64,000 nt of DNA from Aureliella sp. (GTDB lineage Bacteria; Planctomycetota; Planctomycetia; Pirellulales; Pirellulaceae), in the NCBI GenBank assembly GCA_963691875.1, contig OY829846.1, positions 576,001 to 640,000 on the forward strand. The letters are read 5' to 3'. The notes below the pieces were generated by a model. It saw nothing but the letters and a program-made list of their open reading frames with translations, did not search any database and had not been told where the DNA came from. Within the stretch, counting starts at the first letter, position 1. Every line of letters begins with the position of its first letter. The translations under genes were made by a program, and so were the position numbers. This document shows positions 1-10,905 of the stretch, one piece after another.

Positions 1-2
1 CA

Positions 3-272
3 AACAACACCCATGAAGATGAGCTGGCAACGACGCCGAAAGGGAAGGCCGAAAGATCATCTGGCCTCGGTAGACAGAAATGTCCGGATTGTGGCCGACT
101 CAAGTCCCCGGAATCTGAACTTTGCGAAATGTGTAAGGAGCACAAGTTAGACCATCGTGCAGCACTGCGTGAGGAACTTGCCAAGCATGGAGATACCGAG
201 CATCTTTGGCTACAGTTCGGACTGATACTTGCTTTGGCTGTGCTGGCGTTAACTGCCTTCAGCTATCTTTAG
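3..272 (+). CDS. 3' end of a protein with a zinc-ribbon (CPDC..CEMC) and C-terminal transmembrane helix, partial at window edge
   Basis: Manual translation of frame 3: ...GRQKCPDCGRLKSPESELCEMCKE...LWLQFGLILALAVLALTAFSYL*, open from the window start. Confidence 0.6.
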   Translation, partial: NNTHEDELATTPKGKAERSSGLGRQKCPDCGRLKSPESELCEMCKEHKLDHRAALREELAKHGDTEHLWLQFGLILALAVLALTAFSYL

Positions 273-556
273 CTACTTGCATCGAGTGAGAAGCTTGCGA
301 GTTGGACAGCTGGTTCGGTTTTGCGGCGAATTTGCGGTAATTTGGAAGTTCCAAGCCGCAAATCGCGATGGATACTGACTTATAATGGTGGTCTTCCATT
401 ATGCATGAGAGCGGATATTGAACGTTTTTCAGTCCGCAAATTTACATCGAGTGTGACTCGATCTCATCCCTTTTCGACGATTCGTCGGCGGTTTAACGTA
501 TTCACGTCACCAGATTTCCGAGGCCAATTTTTGGCTCATCGGCAGAGGATTTAGAA

Positions 557-2008
557 GTGTCAAGCAAGTTCCCAACCTTGATTGTCTCTTGTTTTATATT
601 CGTAATCTGTGCGGTAGCAGCCGCTCAAGAGCCCGACGTTACGAAATGGACAAATGCCCAAGGCGCTACGATCGAAGCAGAATTCGTTCGGATGGACGAA
701 GACGGTGTCGTGCTAAAGCTCAAGAGCAACGGGCAGCAAGCGACCGTTCCACTTTCGACTCTGAGCCTCGAGAGCCATTTAATGGCCGTCAAGCTCGCCA
801 GACCAGCCGAGTTCTCGAAGCCTTTGGTGAAGGCACCGATTGCCGAGGTCATAGAGGCTCCCGATTTGGTGATTCCGGACTACCAAGCGGCCTCCGTCTC
901 GCCGTTCAACGAGAGTCAGTCCCTTCAACAGTTCATAGACACGCTGACCGGAGAACTAGATCGCGGAAACTTCTTTGTTATTTGGCATGCGATTCCAGAG
1001 AAGATGCAAAAGGACATGCTGCCCTTGGTACTTCAAAGTGCAGAGCAATTTGGTGAGGAAAACTTCACCAAGGTTGGCGAGCTGATTAAGTCAGCGCACA
1101 AACTGCTCAAGGAGAAGAAGGAGTTTGTTTTCGCAAACAAAACGTTGATGGAACGCAAAGAGATTCGTAAGACTTTGTACTCCTATTGGGACGTTGCCGA
1201 GAAGATGGTGGCTGCCTTAAACGACGAAGAGCTTTGGGTGATGCTCACTGAAGAAAACTTCGAAAAGCTCAATGCGAAAACAGCCTGTATCTATGGCGCC
1301 GAAATCATATTCCTCAAGGAGCTTATTTCGCAGGAGGCGGGATTTCCTATCCCTGCCTTCAGCTCGTTACTAGGCGTTGCCTCATCGAAGGAAGACGTTG
1401 GACGTATTCGCATTCAGTTGCCAATCCCAATTCCGGTAGACGATGTAACGGCGAGGAAAGTGAATGGTAGGTGGGTCATACCTGCAATCATGAATCCTCT
1501 TCGGAAGGGGCTCGATGAAGCGCCAAATATTGAAGATGATCCTCAGGTTAAGCAAGTCCAGGCGCAGGTTAATAGCGGTCTGAACATGGGGAAACTGCTT
1601 CTAGATCAATTCACGGCTGCTGAAACCCAGGAAGACTTTGACAAAGCGATGGATCAGTATGGACCATTGTTATTCAGCGGATTGGATATGCTGGAATCAA
1701 GTGCCGGGGCGAATCCACTTGCTGGGATGATGGGCGGCATGCCAGGAATGGGGGGACCTCCTGGCATGGGCGGACCCGGCCGCGGTGGCAACCAAGGTTT
1801 TGGATCTGGCAATGAACAAGGAAACCAAGGATTTGCGAACCAAGGCGGCGGACGCCGAGGCGGTGGCCTCGGCGCCGGAGCTGGCTCTGGTGCGGGTTCC
1901 CCCGGTGGCGGACGGCGTGGTGGTGGTTTAGGCACAGGAGCAAGTTCCAGTGGCCCACCCGGCGGTGGTCGTCGCGGAGGTGGACTCGGCACTGGCGCTG
2001 GAACCTAG
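557..2008 (+). CDS. Exported SHD1-domain protein with Gly/Arg-rich low-complexity C-terminal tail
   Basis: Signal peptide, WTNAQGATIEAEFV...VPLSTLS (SHD1 pattern), tail with 3x GGGRRGGGLG(A/T)GA. Confidence 0.75.
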   Translation: MSSKFPTLIVSCFIFVICAVAAAQEPDVTKWTNAQGATIEAEFVRMDEDGVVLKLKSNGQQATVPLSTLSLESHLMAVKLARPAEFSKPLVKAPIAEVIEAPDLVIPDYQAASVSPFNESQSLQQFIDTLTGELDRGNFFVIWHAIPEKMQKDMLPLVLQSAEQFGEENFTKVGELIKSAHKLLKEKKEFVFANKTLMERKEIRKTLYSYWDVAEKMVAALNDEELWVMLTEENFEKLNAKTACIYGAEIIFLKELISQEAGFPIPAFSSLLGVASSKEDVGRIRIQLPIPIPVDDVTARKVNGRWVIPAIMNPLRKGLDEAPNIEDDPQVKQVQAQVNSGLNMGKLLLDQFTAAETQEDFDKAMDQYGPLLFSGLDMLESSAGANPLAGMMGGMPGMGGPPGMGGPGRGGNQGFGSGNEQGNQGFANQGGGRRGGGLGAGAGSGAGSPGGGRRGGGLGTGASSSGPPGGGRRGGGLGTGAGT

Positions 2009-2154
2009 GTGTTCGATAGTCATAATCCCGACCGAAAGCGTAACTTCAAAAAGCCTAAACGAGGAAAGCCGCCTGAACGACAATCGACGCCCTAGTGATT
2101 AGTTATCTCGCTTCTGTGTTGTGTCAGTAGAGTCAGTGGGAGTTCGAGACAAGG

Positions 2155-3531
2155 ATGAATCTAGAACAAACCATTGTCGCACTTGGCAGTGGAATAGCGT
2201 CTAGTCGCAGAGCCATTGTGCGTTTGAGTGGACTCGATACGAAGTCGATTCTTCAGCGCATTCTCACGTCCCATGTCCCTCCAGTTTCTGCAGCGAGTGC
2301 TTTTCGCAGCGCCGCGCTCGTTGAGTTACGGCCGGGACAAGAACAGACCGTTCCCGTTCTCTGCTACTGGTGGCCGTCTTCTAAGAGTTTTACGGGTGAG
2401 CCATGTGCGGAGCTGCACCTTCTTGGCTCCTTGCCGATCGCGGAATGTTTAATCGAAGCTTGCGTTCGCGCGGGCGCTAGCCACGCGAAGCGAGGTGATT
2501 TCACGCTGCGTAGTTTCCTGGCTGGGAAGCTGGATCTGACTCAGGCTGAAGCAGTGCTCGCCATTATTTCCGCAGAAGGCAAGATAGAGCTCGAAGCAGC
2601 TCTCGGGCAACTCGCCGGCAACCTTTCTCAGCCTATCCGAGAACTTCGCGATCAACTCCTCAGTCTGTGCGCTCGTTTAGAAGCTGGGTTGGATTTCGTC
2701 GAGGAAGACATTGAGTTTATCGCAACAGAGGAGCTGCTGGCTGATCTTCGGGGGGTCTTGGCTCGACTCAAAGAAATTCAGAATAGCCTACTCTCACGTG
2801 GCGGGCGCTCGCGTTTACCTAGTGTGGTTTTGATGGGCCTTCCGAACGCGGGCAAGAGCAGTTTACTCAATGCATTAACCAATCTGGACCGCGCGATCAT
2901 CTCCCCGGAAGCTGGTACCACGCGGGATGCAATTGAATGCACAGTGAACTGGGAAGGGCAGCAGCTGAGGCTGGTAGATACGGCCGGTATGGAAGAGCTG
3001 ACCGAGAACACGCCGCGCGCACTTGCCCAATCAGTATTGGAATCGAGAGTTGCCGAAGCCGACCTGGTTCTGCTGTGCTATGACCGCACAAATCCTCCTA
3101 CTGCAGAGTGGCTTCTCAGACAACGCCGCCGGCTTGAGAATCTTGCAGCCTGTATATTGGTGTGTACGAAGTCAGACCTAGCATTTGTTGTGGACCAGGC
3201 TTTCGGGCAGGACGAGTTGCAAGAAGTGTCCGCGCTAACGGGGTTCGGGCTCGAAGAACTGAAGTTGAAAGTGTCGGCTCGTCTTGCGGCGTTGAAGGAC
3301 TCTCGAAAATCTGACGCGCTCCACCATACGATGCTGCGTTGTCGCGATGCGATCGAGCGCGCGACGATGCGCCTTGAAGATGCAATTCAGGGGGCTGAGC
3401 AAGAGGTGGGAGAGGAAATCGTGGCGACTGATCTTCGAGTTGCGATCGACGAACTTTCCTTTGTCATCGGTGAAGTGCACACCGAGGATATTCTTGGTGA
3501 AATCTTTAGCCGGTTTTGTATCGGGAAATAG
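2155..3531 (+). CDS. mnmE: tRNA modification GTPase MnmE/TrmE
   Basis: GKLDLTQAEAV, GLPNAGKSS, GTTRD, DTAG, C-terminal IFSRFCIGK. Confidence 0.96.
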   Translation: MNLEQTIVALGSGIASSRRAIVRLSGLDTKSILQRILTSHVPPVSAASAFRSAALVELRPGQEQTVPVLCYWWPSSKSFTGEPCAELHLLGSLPIAECLIEACVRAGASHAKRGDFTLRSFLAGKLDLTQAEAVLAIISAEGKIELEAALGQLAGNLSQPIRELRDQLLSLCARLEAGLDFVEEDIEFIATEELLADLRGVLARLKEIQNSLLSRGGRSRLPSVVLMGLPNAGKSSLLNALTNLDRAIISPEAGTTRDAIECTVNWEGQQLRLVDTAGMEELTENTPRALAQSVLESRVAEADLVLLCYDRTNPPTAEWLLRQRRRLENLAACILVCTKSDLAFVVDQAFGQDELQEVSALTGFGLEELKLKVSARLAALKDSRKSDALHHTMLRCRDAIERATMRLEDAIQGAEQEVGEEIVATDLRVAIDELSFVIGEVHTEDILGEIFSRFCIGK

Positions 3532-3631
3532 AAGCTCCTGATAACTACCCGTGTTTGCACACGTGAACTCCTACCGTTCAGCGCGGGTTTTGAGCATGCA
3601 AATGCATTGAATCTTAGGAGTCGATCAGACT

Positions 3632-4141
3632 ATGCGCGTCATTACCGCAGGGTTTCGCCAAGATAGATTTCGCTACGTAGCGTTGGCTCTGCTGTCTCTC
3701 CCTCTATTTCTATTTTGTCCCAACCTCCAAATTTCGGAAACAACCGACCATTCCCAATCCCTTGGTGAGCACCTGGCGATACGCAGTTTGCTGCCCAAAA
3801 GGGCTGAGAAACAAGACTCACGTCGGCGTCATACACGATCCAACAGCAGGCAAAATGCGCAGGTGTTTCAGCTGAGCCCAGGCGCTTTTCAGATCGGAAA
3901 GCCAGTCGTAGTTTATGCCACGGACGTTTCGATAGGTGGAATGGGCTTTGACTGTTCAAACCAAATTCCAGCGGACTTTTTCTACGTCAAGCTGCAAGTT
4001 TCTCAGCAGTCGGTGCATCGGATAGCCTAGATCTAAGGGAGTCAAGTTGCCGAAGTTGCAATCTTTAATCACGCGTTTGGTTGTCGCTTTATTGATCGCG
4101 TCCCGAGCAGGAGTACCTATAGAGCAGACAATGCTTCCTGA
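3632..4141 (+). pseudogene. Decayed PilZ-domain gene; true start uncertain
   Basis: RRRHTR and DVSIGG PilZ motifs; in-frame TAG (4028) and TAA (4034), after which the same frame continues ...HAFGCRFIDR, a typical PilZ final strand. Confidence 0.55.
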
Positions 4142-5325
4142 AATTTGTCAGTCAGCCATTCTGTTGGTTCCAGACCGCAAGAGATGCGAATGGTTCCTAA
4201 TGTGATTCCTAGATCGATTCGCTGCTGGTCCGTGAACCCTCGGTGGCTGGTAGAGTGTGGATGAGACACGGTGGTGCACACGTCTCCTAAAGACGGAGCG
4301 AAGGGGATCTCTGGAAGCAATCTTGCAAACAATCGCTCAACGCATGTTTCGTCAGCATCGATGTGCATCGACAACATCCAGCCATAGCCCCCTTGTAGTT
4401 GTGTGTTTGCTAGCTTGTGCTGGGGATGTTCCGCAAGGCCCGGATAATCAATATGCTTGACACGTTGATGACTTGCTAGTGACTTGGCAAGACCGATTGC
4501 ATTCGAGCTGGCTCGTTCGATCCGCAAAGGCAAGGTCATCAGGCCTCGATTGGTCAAATAGCAATCAAGCGGGCTACTAGAGAGCCCAAAAGTGCTGACC
4601 GTACCCTTGATGTTTTGATTCACCTGTTCATCCTTGCAAACAATCAACCCGAGCATCGCGTCACTGTGTCCGTTGACTTGTTTACCAAGACTTTCTACCA
4701 CGATGTCAGCACCAAATTCGATAGGACGACAATGTAAGGGAGTTGCAAAGGTGTTGTCGACCAACAGCAAGCCGCCGCCATCGTGAGTCGCCTTAGCCAG
4801 AGAGGAAAAATCTGGCATGCGTAACCTTGGGTTGCTCAGCGTCTCAACGAGAACGAGATGCGGCTGAGAAGCTACAAGCTGCTCGGCCGCAGATGCTGAG
4901 GTCGGATCAAACTTGTTCAGACGCACGCCGTGGCGAGAGAGCGCTTTTTCGAAGAGCACTATCGACTTGCCGTAAAGTTCGTCTGCGACCCAAACCAGTC
5001 CATTCTTGGGAAGCACCGTGAGCGCAACCGCAGACAACGCACTCATGCCTTGCGCGACAAGACTGCCGAATTCACTTCCATGCATCCGTGCCAGCTTCGA
5101 ACACAGTTGGATGTCGTTGGGGTGGCCATCGCGTCTGTAGACAAAGGCACTGGATTTTCCCGCCAGTGCATCACCGGCCTCCCGTGGGGTCTGCATTCGC
5201 CAAACGCTCGCTAAAGAAATGTCTTCAGACAGTGGAGCGTTGTCGCCAGAATAGGAATTGTGTAGAGCGGTGACCTCTAAGTTGCTTGGCCAGCCATTTT
5301 TTGAAGTATGTTGTGAACTGCTCAT
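4117..5325 (-). CDS. PLP-dependent trans-sulfuration enzyme (cystathionine gamma-synthase / O-acylhomoserine sulfhydrylase family)
   Basis: YRRDGHPN, ETLSNP, VDNTFATP, ESLGKQVNGHSD (PLP Lys), SLGDV, RISCGLE. Confidence 0.9.
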   Translation of the reverse strand: MSSSQHTSKNGWPSNLEVTALHNSYSGDNAPLSEDISLASVWRMQTPREAGDALAGKSSAFVYRRDGHPNDIQLCSKLARMHGSEFGSLVAQGMSALSAVALTVLPKNGLVWVADELYGKSIVLFEKALSRHGVRLNKFDPTSASAAEQLVASQPHLVLVETLSNPRLRMPDFSSLAKATHDGGGLLLVDNTFATPLHCRPIEFGADIVVESLGKQVNGHSDAMLGLIVCKDEQVNQNIKGTVSTFGLSSSPLDCYLTNRGLMTLPLRIERASSNAIGLAKSLASHQRVKHIDYPGLAEHPQHKLANTQLQGGYGWMLSMHIDADETCVERLFARLLPEIPFAPSLGDVCTTVSHPHSTSHRGFTDQQRIDLGITLGTIRISCGLEPTEWLTDKFQEALSAL

Positions 5326-5476
5326 AGAGAGTAAGAGATTGCCGAATTTCGAGGACTTAGGACGTTTCGAGCTTAATGCATCTTTCGCGACACAAATAGT
5401 CGTTCGGACTCCCGATTGTCCTGATAAATTGCTAAATTATTAACGCTATTGTCTGCTGCCAAGACGGCTGGTCCTT

Positions 5477-6223
5477 TTGTTTTCATTGCGAGCAACTCCA
5501 ACGTTGAGCCATAGAAATCTTTTGTTGGCAAGTAGTTCCGTCTGCCATCCAGGTGGCTATCTTGAGCACTTAAGACCAAACATAGCAGAGCTTTTCGATG
5601 GCTTAGGTGATATCCTGTTCGTCCCCTTTGCACGAGCTGGGGGGAGAACGCACGACGAGTATACGGCGGTCGCCAGAGCTGGATTCGAGCCGTTGGGACT
5701 TCAAGTGCGTGGTCTTCACGAATACGAGGATGTCGAGGCGGCAATCGCGACGGCTGCTGGTGTCTTTGTTGGTGGCGGCAATACTTTCGTTTTGTTGCGG
5801 CAATTGTATGTTCACAATATCCTCGGTATCTTGAGGGACCGAGCGATAGCCGGGATGCCTTACATGGGCTGTTCGGCTGGCTCAAACATCGCTGGGCTTA
5901 CGATGGGCACGAGCAATGATATGCCTATCAGCTTTCCACCGTCTTTTGATGCGTTGGGGCTGGTCCCATTCAACCTGAATCCACACTTCCCGGCATTACC
6001 GCCAGATCCGACGCACAAAGGCGAGACGCGAGAGGAGAGGATACAGGAGTTTCATTGTTTCAACTCCCAACGGGTCCTTGGCCTTCGCGAAGATGGACTC
6101 TTACGCATACGTGGAGAGCAGATTGAGCTAATTGGCCAGAGGGAGGCGGTCCTATTCCAGCAGGGCGAGGCTTATTCTGAGCTGACTCCAGGTGATGACT
6201 TGTCTTTCTTGCTGCAAGAATAA
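5477..6223 (+). CDS. pepE: Dipeptidase E (peptidase S51)
   Basis: LLLASSS, FVPFA, VGGGNTF, GCSAG nucleophile motif, NPH, HKGETREERIQEF. Confidence 0.92.
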   Translation: MFSLRATPTLSHRNLLLASSSVCHPGGYLEHLRPNIAELFDGLGDILFVPFARAGGRTHDEYTAVARAGFEPLGLQVRGLHEYEDVEAAIATAAGVFVGGGNTFVLLRQLYVHNILGILRDRAIAGMPYMGCSAGSNIAGLTMGTSNDMPISFPPSFDALGLVPFNLNPHFPALPPDPTHKGETREERIQEFHCFNSQRVLGLREDGLLRIRGEQIELIGQREAVLFQQGEAYSELTPGDDLSFLLQE

Positions 6224-6437
6224 CATGGATGCTCCGACGACTGCGACCATTAGAGATGGAGCTCTTTACGACTCGATACTTTGCACGACTGGCAAAATCG
6301 GATTCGTCCAGCCACAATAAATCTAGTTCGCCGAAGTGCATTGCTCCAAGAATTCTTCAGCACAGGGATTCTGGCGATTCCCACTACGGTGAAGAAAACG
6401 GACTTAGTTGTGATGCGATTGCAATAAGAGAGACGAC

Positions 6438-8060
6438 TTGAGTACAAAGCGATACACCTGGGCATCCCGTGGCGACGTCAATGCATTCTTCGGGCTGATG
6501 CTCGATAATATGGCCGGACTGCTGCTGACAGTTACGTTACTAAGCGGCGTCTTCAAATTCCCTGTCGATTTCGCCGTTAAGTACATGATTCCTGGGACGG
6601 CTATTGGGGTTCTAGTAGGCGACTTGCTCTACTTCTTCCTCGCGTTTCGACTTGCCAAAAAGGAAGAACGGAGCGACGTCACGGCGATGCCACTGGGGCT
6701 GGACACGCCAAGCACACTTGGCATGGTTTTCTTTGTACTTGGGCCATCCTACGCAGCCGGCTTACAGTCTGGCCTAACTGTGGACGAAGCGGCAATGCGG
6801 ACTTGGCATATCGGAATCTGCAGTATCTTTGTATCGGGGATTCTCAAGTCCTGCCTGGCGGCCGGCAGTGATTTTATCCGGCGGACAATACCACGCGCAG
6901 GCTTGCTTGGATCGCTTGGCGCTATTGCCCTGATGTTGATCGCCTTTCTACCGATGACTGAACTTGCCGTGAGCCCAATTATCGGGTTCGCTTCTCTAAT
7001 CATTATTCTATCAACCCTTGTCGCTCGATTTGAACTTCCGTTCAAGTTCCCCGGTGCGCTCGCCGCGGTGCTCGTTGGTAGTGCCATATGCTACTGGATG
7101 GTCGGAATCGATCGAATGTTTGAAACCAACTTAGCCCCTCATTTTGAAATGGTGGAATCGGCTTGGTTTCCCCAAGCATGGCTGACGGTTTTCGAGTTTA
7201 AATGGTTTGGCGCCTTCAGCGATACCTTGCAGTATTTGCCATTTATTATTCCTTTTGCCATCGCGACTGTGATCGGAGGAATTGATTGCACTGAGAGTGC
7301 AGCGGCAGCAGGAGATTCGTATTCGACCAACACGATCATCGGTGTCGAAGCCTTCGCCACCACGATGGCGGCTTTATGTGGTGGAGTCATTCAGACGACA
7401 CCTTACATCGGGCATCCGGCTTACAAAGCAATGGGAGGACGAGCTGCATACACCTTGGCGACGGCTCTGTTTGTCGGCGGTGCAGGTTTGATTGGCTACT
7501 TCTGTCTGGTTTTCAACTACGTTCCGAAAGTCGCGGTTCTGCCAATTCTCGTCTTCATCGGACTTGAGATTACGTCGCAAAGCTTTCTTGCAACGCCGCG
7601 GAGGCATTATGCGGCAGTTGCGATTGCGTGCATCCCGGCAATAGCAAAGCTCGTGTCGATAACTGACGCGACTGCAGTACCAGGTGGCGGGGTAGCGATG
7701 GTGCCAATCATTCGAATGCTTGCAGGTGGTTTCATTGTGACGAGCATCATTTGGGCTGCCGTGTTAGCGAACGTTGTTGATCGGCGATTTGCGAGAGCAT
7801 CCCTATATTGTTTTGCTGGCGCTGTGTTCGTACTGTTCGGATTCATCCATTCGCCCGTTGAGGGGGACAGAATGTTCTGGCCTTGGCAGATCTGGGAGAT
7901 GGCCAACCCGCAAGGAGTTGAAGGCTTGAGTCCGCGCCGGGCAATCATTGAGTTTGCGGTCGCGTACGCGGTCATGGGGCTCATTCTCTTGGGCTTGTCA
8001 CAGATCAGCGGCACGAAGCCGATTGAGTCAGACGAAGAATTTGAGCAGTTGGGGCACTAG
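6438..8060 (+). CDS. Polytopic permease, NCS2/AzgA-related
   Basis: GDVNAFFGL..DN, TAMPLGLDTPS, ESAAAAGD, TTPYIGHPAYKAMGGR; many TM segments. Confidence 0.8.
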   Translation: MSTKRYTWASRGDVNAFFGLMLDNMAGLLLTVTLLSGVFKFPVDFAVKYMIPGTAIGVLVGDLLYFFLAFRLAKKEERSDVTAMPLGLDTPSTLGMVFFVLGPSYAAGLQSGLTVDEAAMRTWHIGICSIFVSGILKSCLAAGSDFIRRTIPRAGLLGSLGAIALMLIAFLPMTELAVSPIIGFASLIIILSTLVARFELPFKFPGALAAVLVGSAICYWMVGIDRMFETNLAPHFEMVESAWFPQAWLTVFEFKWFGAFSDTLQYLPFIIPFAIATVIGGIDCTESAAAAGDSYSTNTIIGVEAFATTMAALCGGVIQTTPYIGHPAYKAMGGRAAYTLATALFVGGAGLIGYFCLVFNYVPKVAVLPILVFIGLEITSQSFLATPRRHYAAVAIACIPAIAKLVSITDATAVPGGGVAMVPIIRMLAGGFIVTSIIWAAVLANVVDRRFARASLYCFAGAVFVLFGFIHSPVEGDRMFWPWQIWEMANPQGVEGLSPRRAIIEFAVAYAVMGLILLGLSQISGTKPIESDEEFEQLGH

Positions 8061-8226
8061 GTCCGACTCTAGGATCGAGAAAGAAGAACGGCGATCGGTC
8101 GCTCTTCGAATGCGAAGCATGAGCAAGCGTAGGTCGGATGGGCCGGGTTTGCTCTTGGGTTTCACGTTGAAGCCGCCAAAGAGAAAAAAGTTAAAAGGCG
8201 TTGGCTGAAGCTGAAACGACGTGTTT

Positions 8227-8273
8227 ACCCTCCCCGGCCTTCATAGGCCGACCTTCCCGCATTCGGAAGGGTG
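8227..8273. repeat. REP-like intergenic double hairpin between convergent genes
   Basis: ACCCTCCC-CGGCCT(TCAT)AGGCCG-ACCTTCCC(GCATTC)GGAAGGGTG. Confidence 0.5.
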
Positions 8274-8355
8274 AATTGAAAATCGCGCAAGGTCAATAAC
8301 GCGTTTGCGGACAATGCGAGTAACGTTGCTTGCTAGCGGTTCGGGGTGTGATTGC

Positions 8356-9888
8356 TCAGGAGTAGAAGAATCGTGTCAAGTGATAGAACACGGGTGCTGC
8401 AAAGCACAGTGTGTCGATGCGATCGAGGATTCCAGCGTGCCCGAGGACGAGAGAGCCATAATCGTTCACGCCACGATCTCGCTTGATGGCGCTCATGGCC
8501 ATGCCTCCGAACATGCCCATCGCACTGATGACCATCGCGATACACGCCGACTCCCAGAATGTGAAGGGCGTGACCCAAAAGAGCGCGGATCCAACCAGGC
8601 CCGTGCTGAGCGTTCCGCCAAGAAATCCTTCCCAGGTTCGACTGGTGCTAATTTCGGGAGCAATAATGCGTTTTCCTGCAAAATGCCCCCAAGTCCACTG
8701 TAAGATGTCGGAGAGCTGCGAAATGAGAATGAGGTAGAAGAGCAAGCCTGCGGTACTTCCATCAAATGCTTGGCCAGAACTAAAACGGAGTTTCATGTTC
8801 AGCAATGCCGGTGCATAGCTCAAAGAATAGACACAAATCAGCAAACCAAAGGTGATCTGGGCAGAACGCTCTAAGAAGCGCTTGTGGTCACCTGAGATTG
8901 CAATTCGAGCCGGTATATACAGACTTGCGTAAACCGGAATCATGATGCTGTAGAGGCCGTAAAAGTCAATTAGCCTACCAGTCGTCCAGCTTTTCACGCC
9001 CCAGGCCTCCAATCCAATAAGCATGTATTGCAACGGCGTGAAGACAATCAAGGCAAGGAATAGAGCTCTATGGTCTCCGCGTCGTGTCGGTGCCATCGTG
9101 ATGAACTCACGCAAAGCCCAGAAGGATACGAGTCCAAAGATCACGATCACGCCGAATGATCCGAGAAGCAGTCCGAACACCAACATCGCACACATCATGA
9201 TCCAGGCATTGACTCGTTGTCGAAAACGCCGAATCAAGGCGGCGTTGACTTTTTCAGAAGACTGACGCTTGAGGTAAAAACCAACCACGTAGGAAACAAC
9301 GAGGATTGCTAGGACAACGCCAAGCAGAATGTTGGTTCGGAGATTGTTTAAGCCAAAATTCTGACCACCTCGTTGCAAGGTCACTTGGCCCGATGCTGGT
9401 AGCATCGGTGGCGTAGCCTGAGGTTGGGTGTTAAAAGAACTGACAGTCGAGCTCTCCGTCGCTTCGTCCTTGCTCTCTTCTTTGCTGGATTCGTTACTCG
9501 CCGAATCGGCTTTAGAGGCCCCCCCTTCGTCTAATTTGGACTCCGATTGGGAATCAGGATCTTCGGCAGATGATGCATTGAGATCTGAAGCTTCAGCGTG
9601 AGAGGCTGAATCGCCGCTGCCGCTTTCGCTGGAATCGGCTGCCATGGTGGAGATTGGCTCTTCCGCTTCGTTCACGACATCCTCGGAATCCACCGTGGAC
9701 TTCGCGTCTGTTTCCAACGTTATCGCTTCTTGTTCAGCGAGTAAAATTGGCGAAAGCGTGACAGAAAGCACAAGGATCGCCAACCACAACTGGAGTAACC
9801 CCGTTGAGAGAAGAAAGGCGAACTTGAAGAGGCTCGCACGCTGGACTTCAGCGCATCCCAAAGACAAATTCACAGCGACTCGATTCAA
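8356..9888 (-). CDS. Phosphatidate cytidylyltransferase (CdsA/YnbB-like) with long acidic N-terminal extension
   Basis: SFWALREF, SRTWEGFLGG, SAIKRDRGVNDYG..GHAGILDRIDTLCFAAP (CTP_transf_1 signature). Confidence 0.9.
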   Translation of the reverse strand: MNRVAVNLSLGCAEVQRASLFKFAFLLSTGLLQLWLAILVLSVTLSPILLAEQEAITLETDAKSTVDSEDVVNEAEEPISTMAADSSESGSGDSASHAEASDLNASSAEDPDSQSESKLDEGGASKADSASNESSKEESKDEATESSTVSSFNTQPQATPPMLPASGQVTLQRGGQNFGLNNLRTNILLGVVLAILVVSYVVGFYLKRQSSEKVNAALIRRFRQRVNAWIMMCAMLVFGLLLGSFGVIVIFGLVSFWALREFITMAPTRRGDHRALFLALIVFTPLQYMLIGLEAWGVKSWTTGRLIDFYGLYSIMIPVYASLYIPARIAISGDHKRFLERSAQITFGLLICVYSLSYAPALLNMKLRFSSGQAFDGSTAGLLFYLILISQLSDILQWTWGHFAGKRIIAPEISTSRTWEGFLGGTLSTGLVGSALFWVTPFTFWESACIAMVISAMGMFGGMAMSAIKRDRGVNDYGSLVLGHAGILDRIDTLCFAAPVFYHLTRFFYS

Positions 9889-10073
9889 TCAACGGCAGAG
9901 AAGCCAAGGTTGGGCCAGCAGTTGGCTCCGAAGCACAATTGGAACAATTTAGGTTAGTCGCTGCCTTCTGTCCAACCTGGCTGAAGTTTCAACAGGCAAT
10001 TCTGAGCTGCACTTCGCGAGAGCTGCTTCTCTCGTGGTCGAGGAACGCAAGTCAAAAAGGCGTGAATGAAGAA

Positions 10074-10499
10074 TTAACTCAACATCGAGCAAGGTCGATA
10101 GTTCTGAAGCTGCTTGATCTTTACTCTGATCTCTTTAACAGCATCTCAAAGTCGTTCGACAGACTCGTCGGTCGGAATGCCGATATCGTCACAGGGGACA
10201 TCTGTTGCCGTTGTTTCAAAAGCATCCTCTGCAAATTTGACGGCGATGCGGAAGTTCCCAACGAATTCTCCAGCGTCCTCAAGTTTGCGGACGTCACCTT
10301 GTAGCTTGGGTACATCACTTTTGTTCCGAAGCCAGCCGGTGCAGTTATGCAAGAACGTGATGACATGGTTGACCGCGGATGGAATACCTAGCCAAGCTTT
10401 CGCAGGATCCGTGGCAGAAACTCCGCTAGACGAATCACATCCCGCCCAAACGCAAGAGAAGACAAGTACCTAGGAAAAGGTCCTAATAAAGCTCGTCAT
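10074..10499 (-). pseudogene. Decayed lipoprotein gene with two in-frame stops
   Basis: MTSFIRTFS*VLVFSCVWAGCDSS (lipobox-like WAGC) ... SVERL*DAVKEIRVKIKQL...*, one reading frame throughout. Confidence 0.45.
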
Positions 10500-10614
10500 A
10501 ACTGATTCCGCAATTGATGGTGTGAATTCTTCTAGTTAGTGAATGGCGCTCATGGCGCTAGTGTCGTCTAGGCGGCGAATTTATGATGAAGTGCTTGAAT
10601 TGATGTAGCGAATC

Positions 10615-10905
10615 TCAATCAGAAAACTTGCCAAGTGGCGACGACTGAACGCGGCCAGCCTCGACATTAACACCTTCTGCTCGAAGCAATTCCGTTTGGC
10701 GACCTCGATGTTTCCCGTGCAGATTGCCGTCACTGCGTACCACACGCCACCAGGGCATGTCGACCAGGGACTTGGAAAGGAATCTTCCAACGGCCCGCGA
10801 CGCTTTCGCGCGTCCAGCGCGGGCAGCGATACATCCATAGCTAACAACTTCGCCTTTTTCAAGCGAGGCAATTGCTAGTAGGATCTCGCGTTCAAATTCC
10901 GTCAT
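10615..10905 (-). CDS. Alkyltransferase-like protein (Atl1/YbaZ type, MGMT DNA-binding family)
   Basis: GEVVSYG, ASRAVG, PWWRVV (Trp replaces the catalytic Cys of PCHR), LLRAEGV. Confidence 0.88.
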   Translation of the reverse strand: MTEFEREILLAIASLEKGEVVSYGCIAARAGRAKASRAVGRFLSKSLVDMPWWRVVRSDGNLHGKHRGRQTELLRAEGVNVEAGRVQSSPLGKFSD

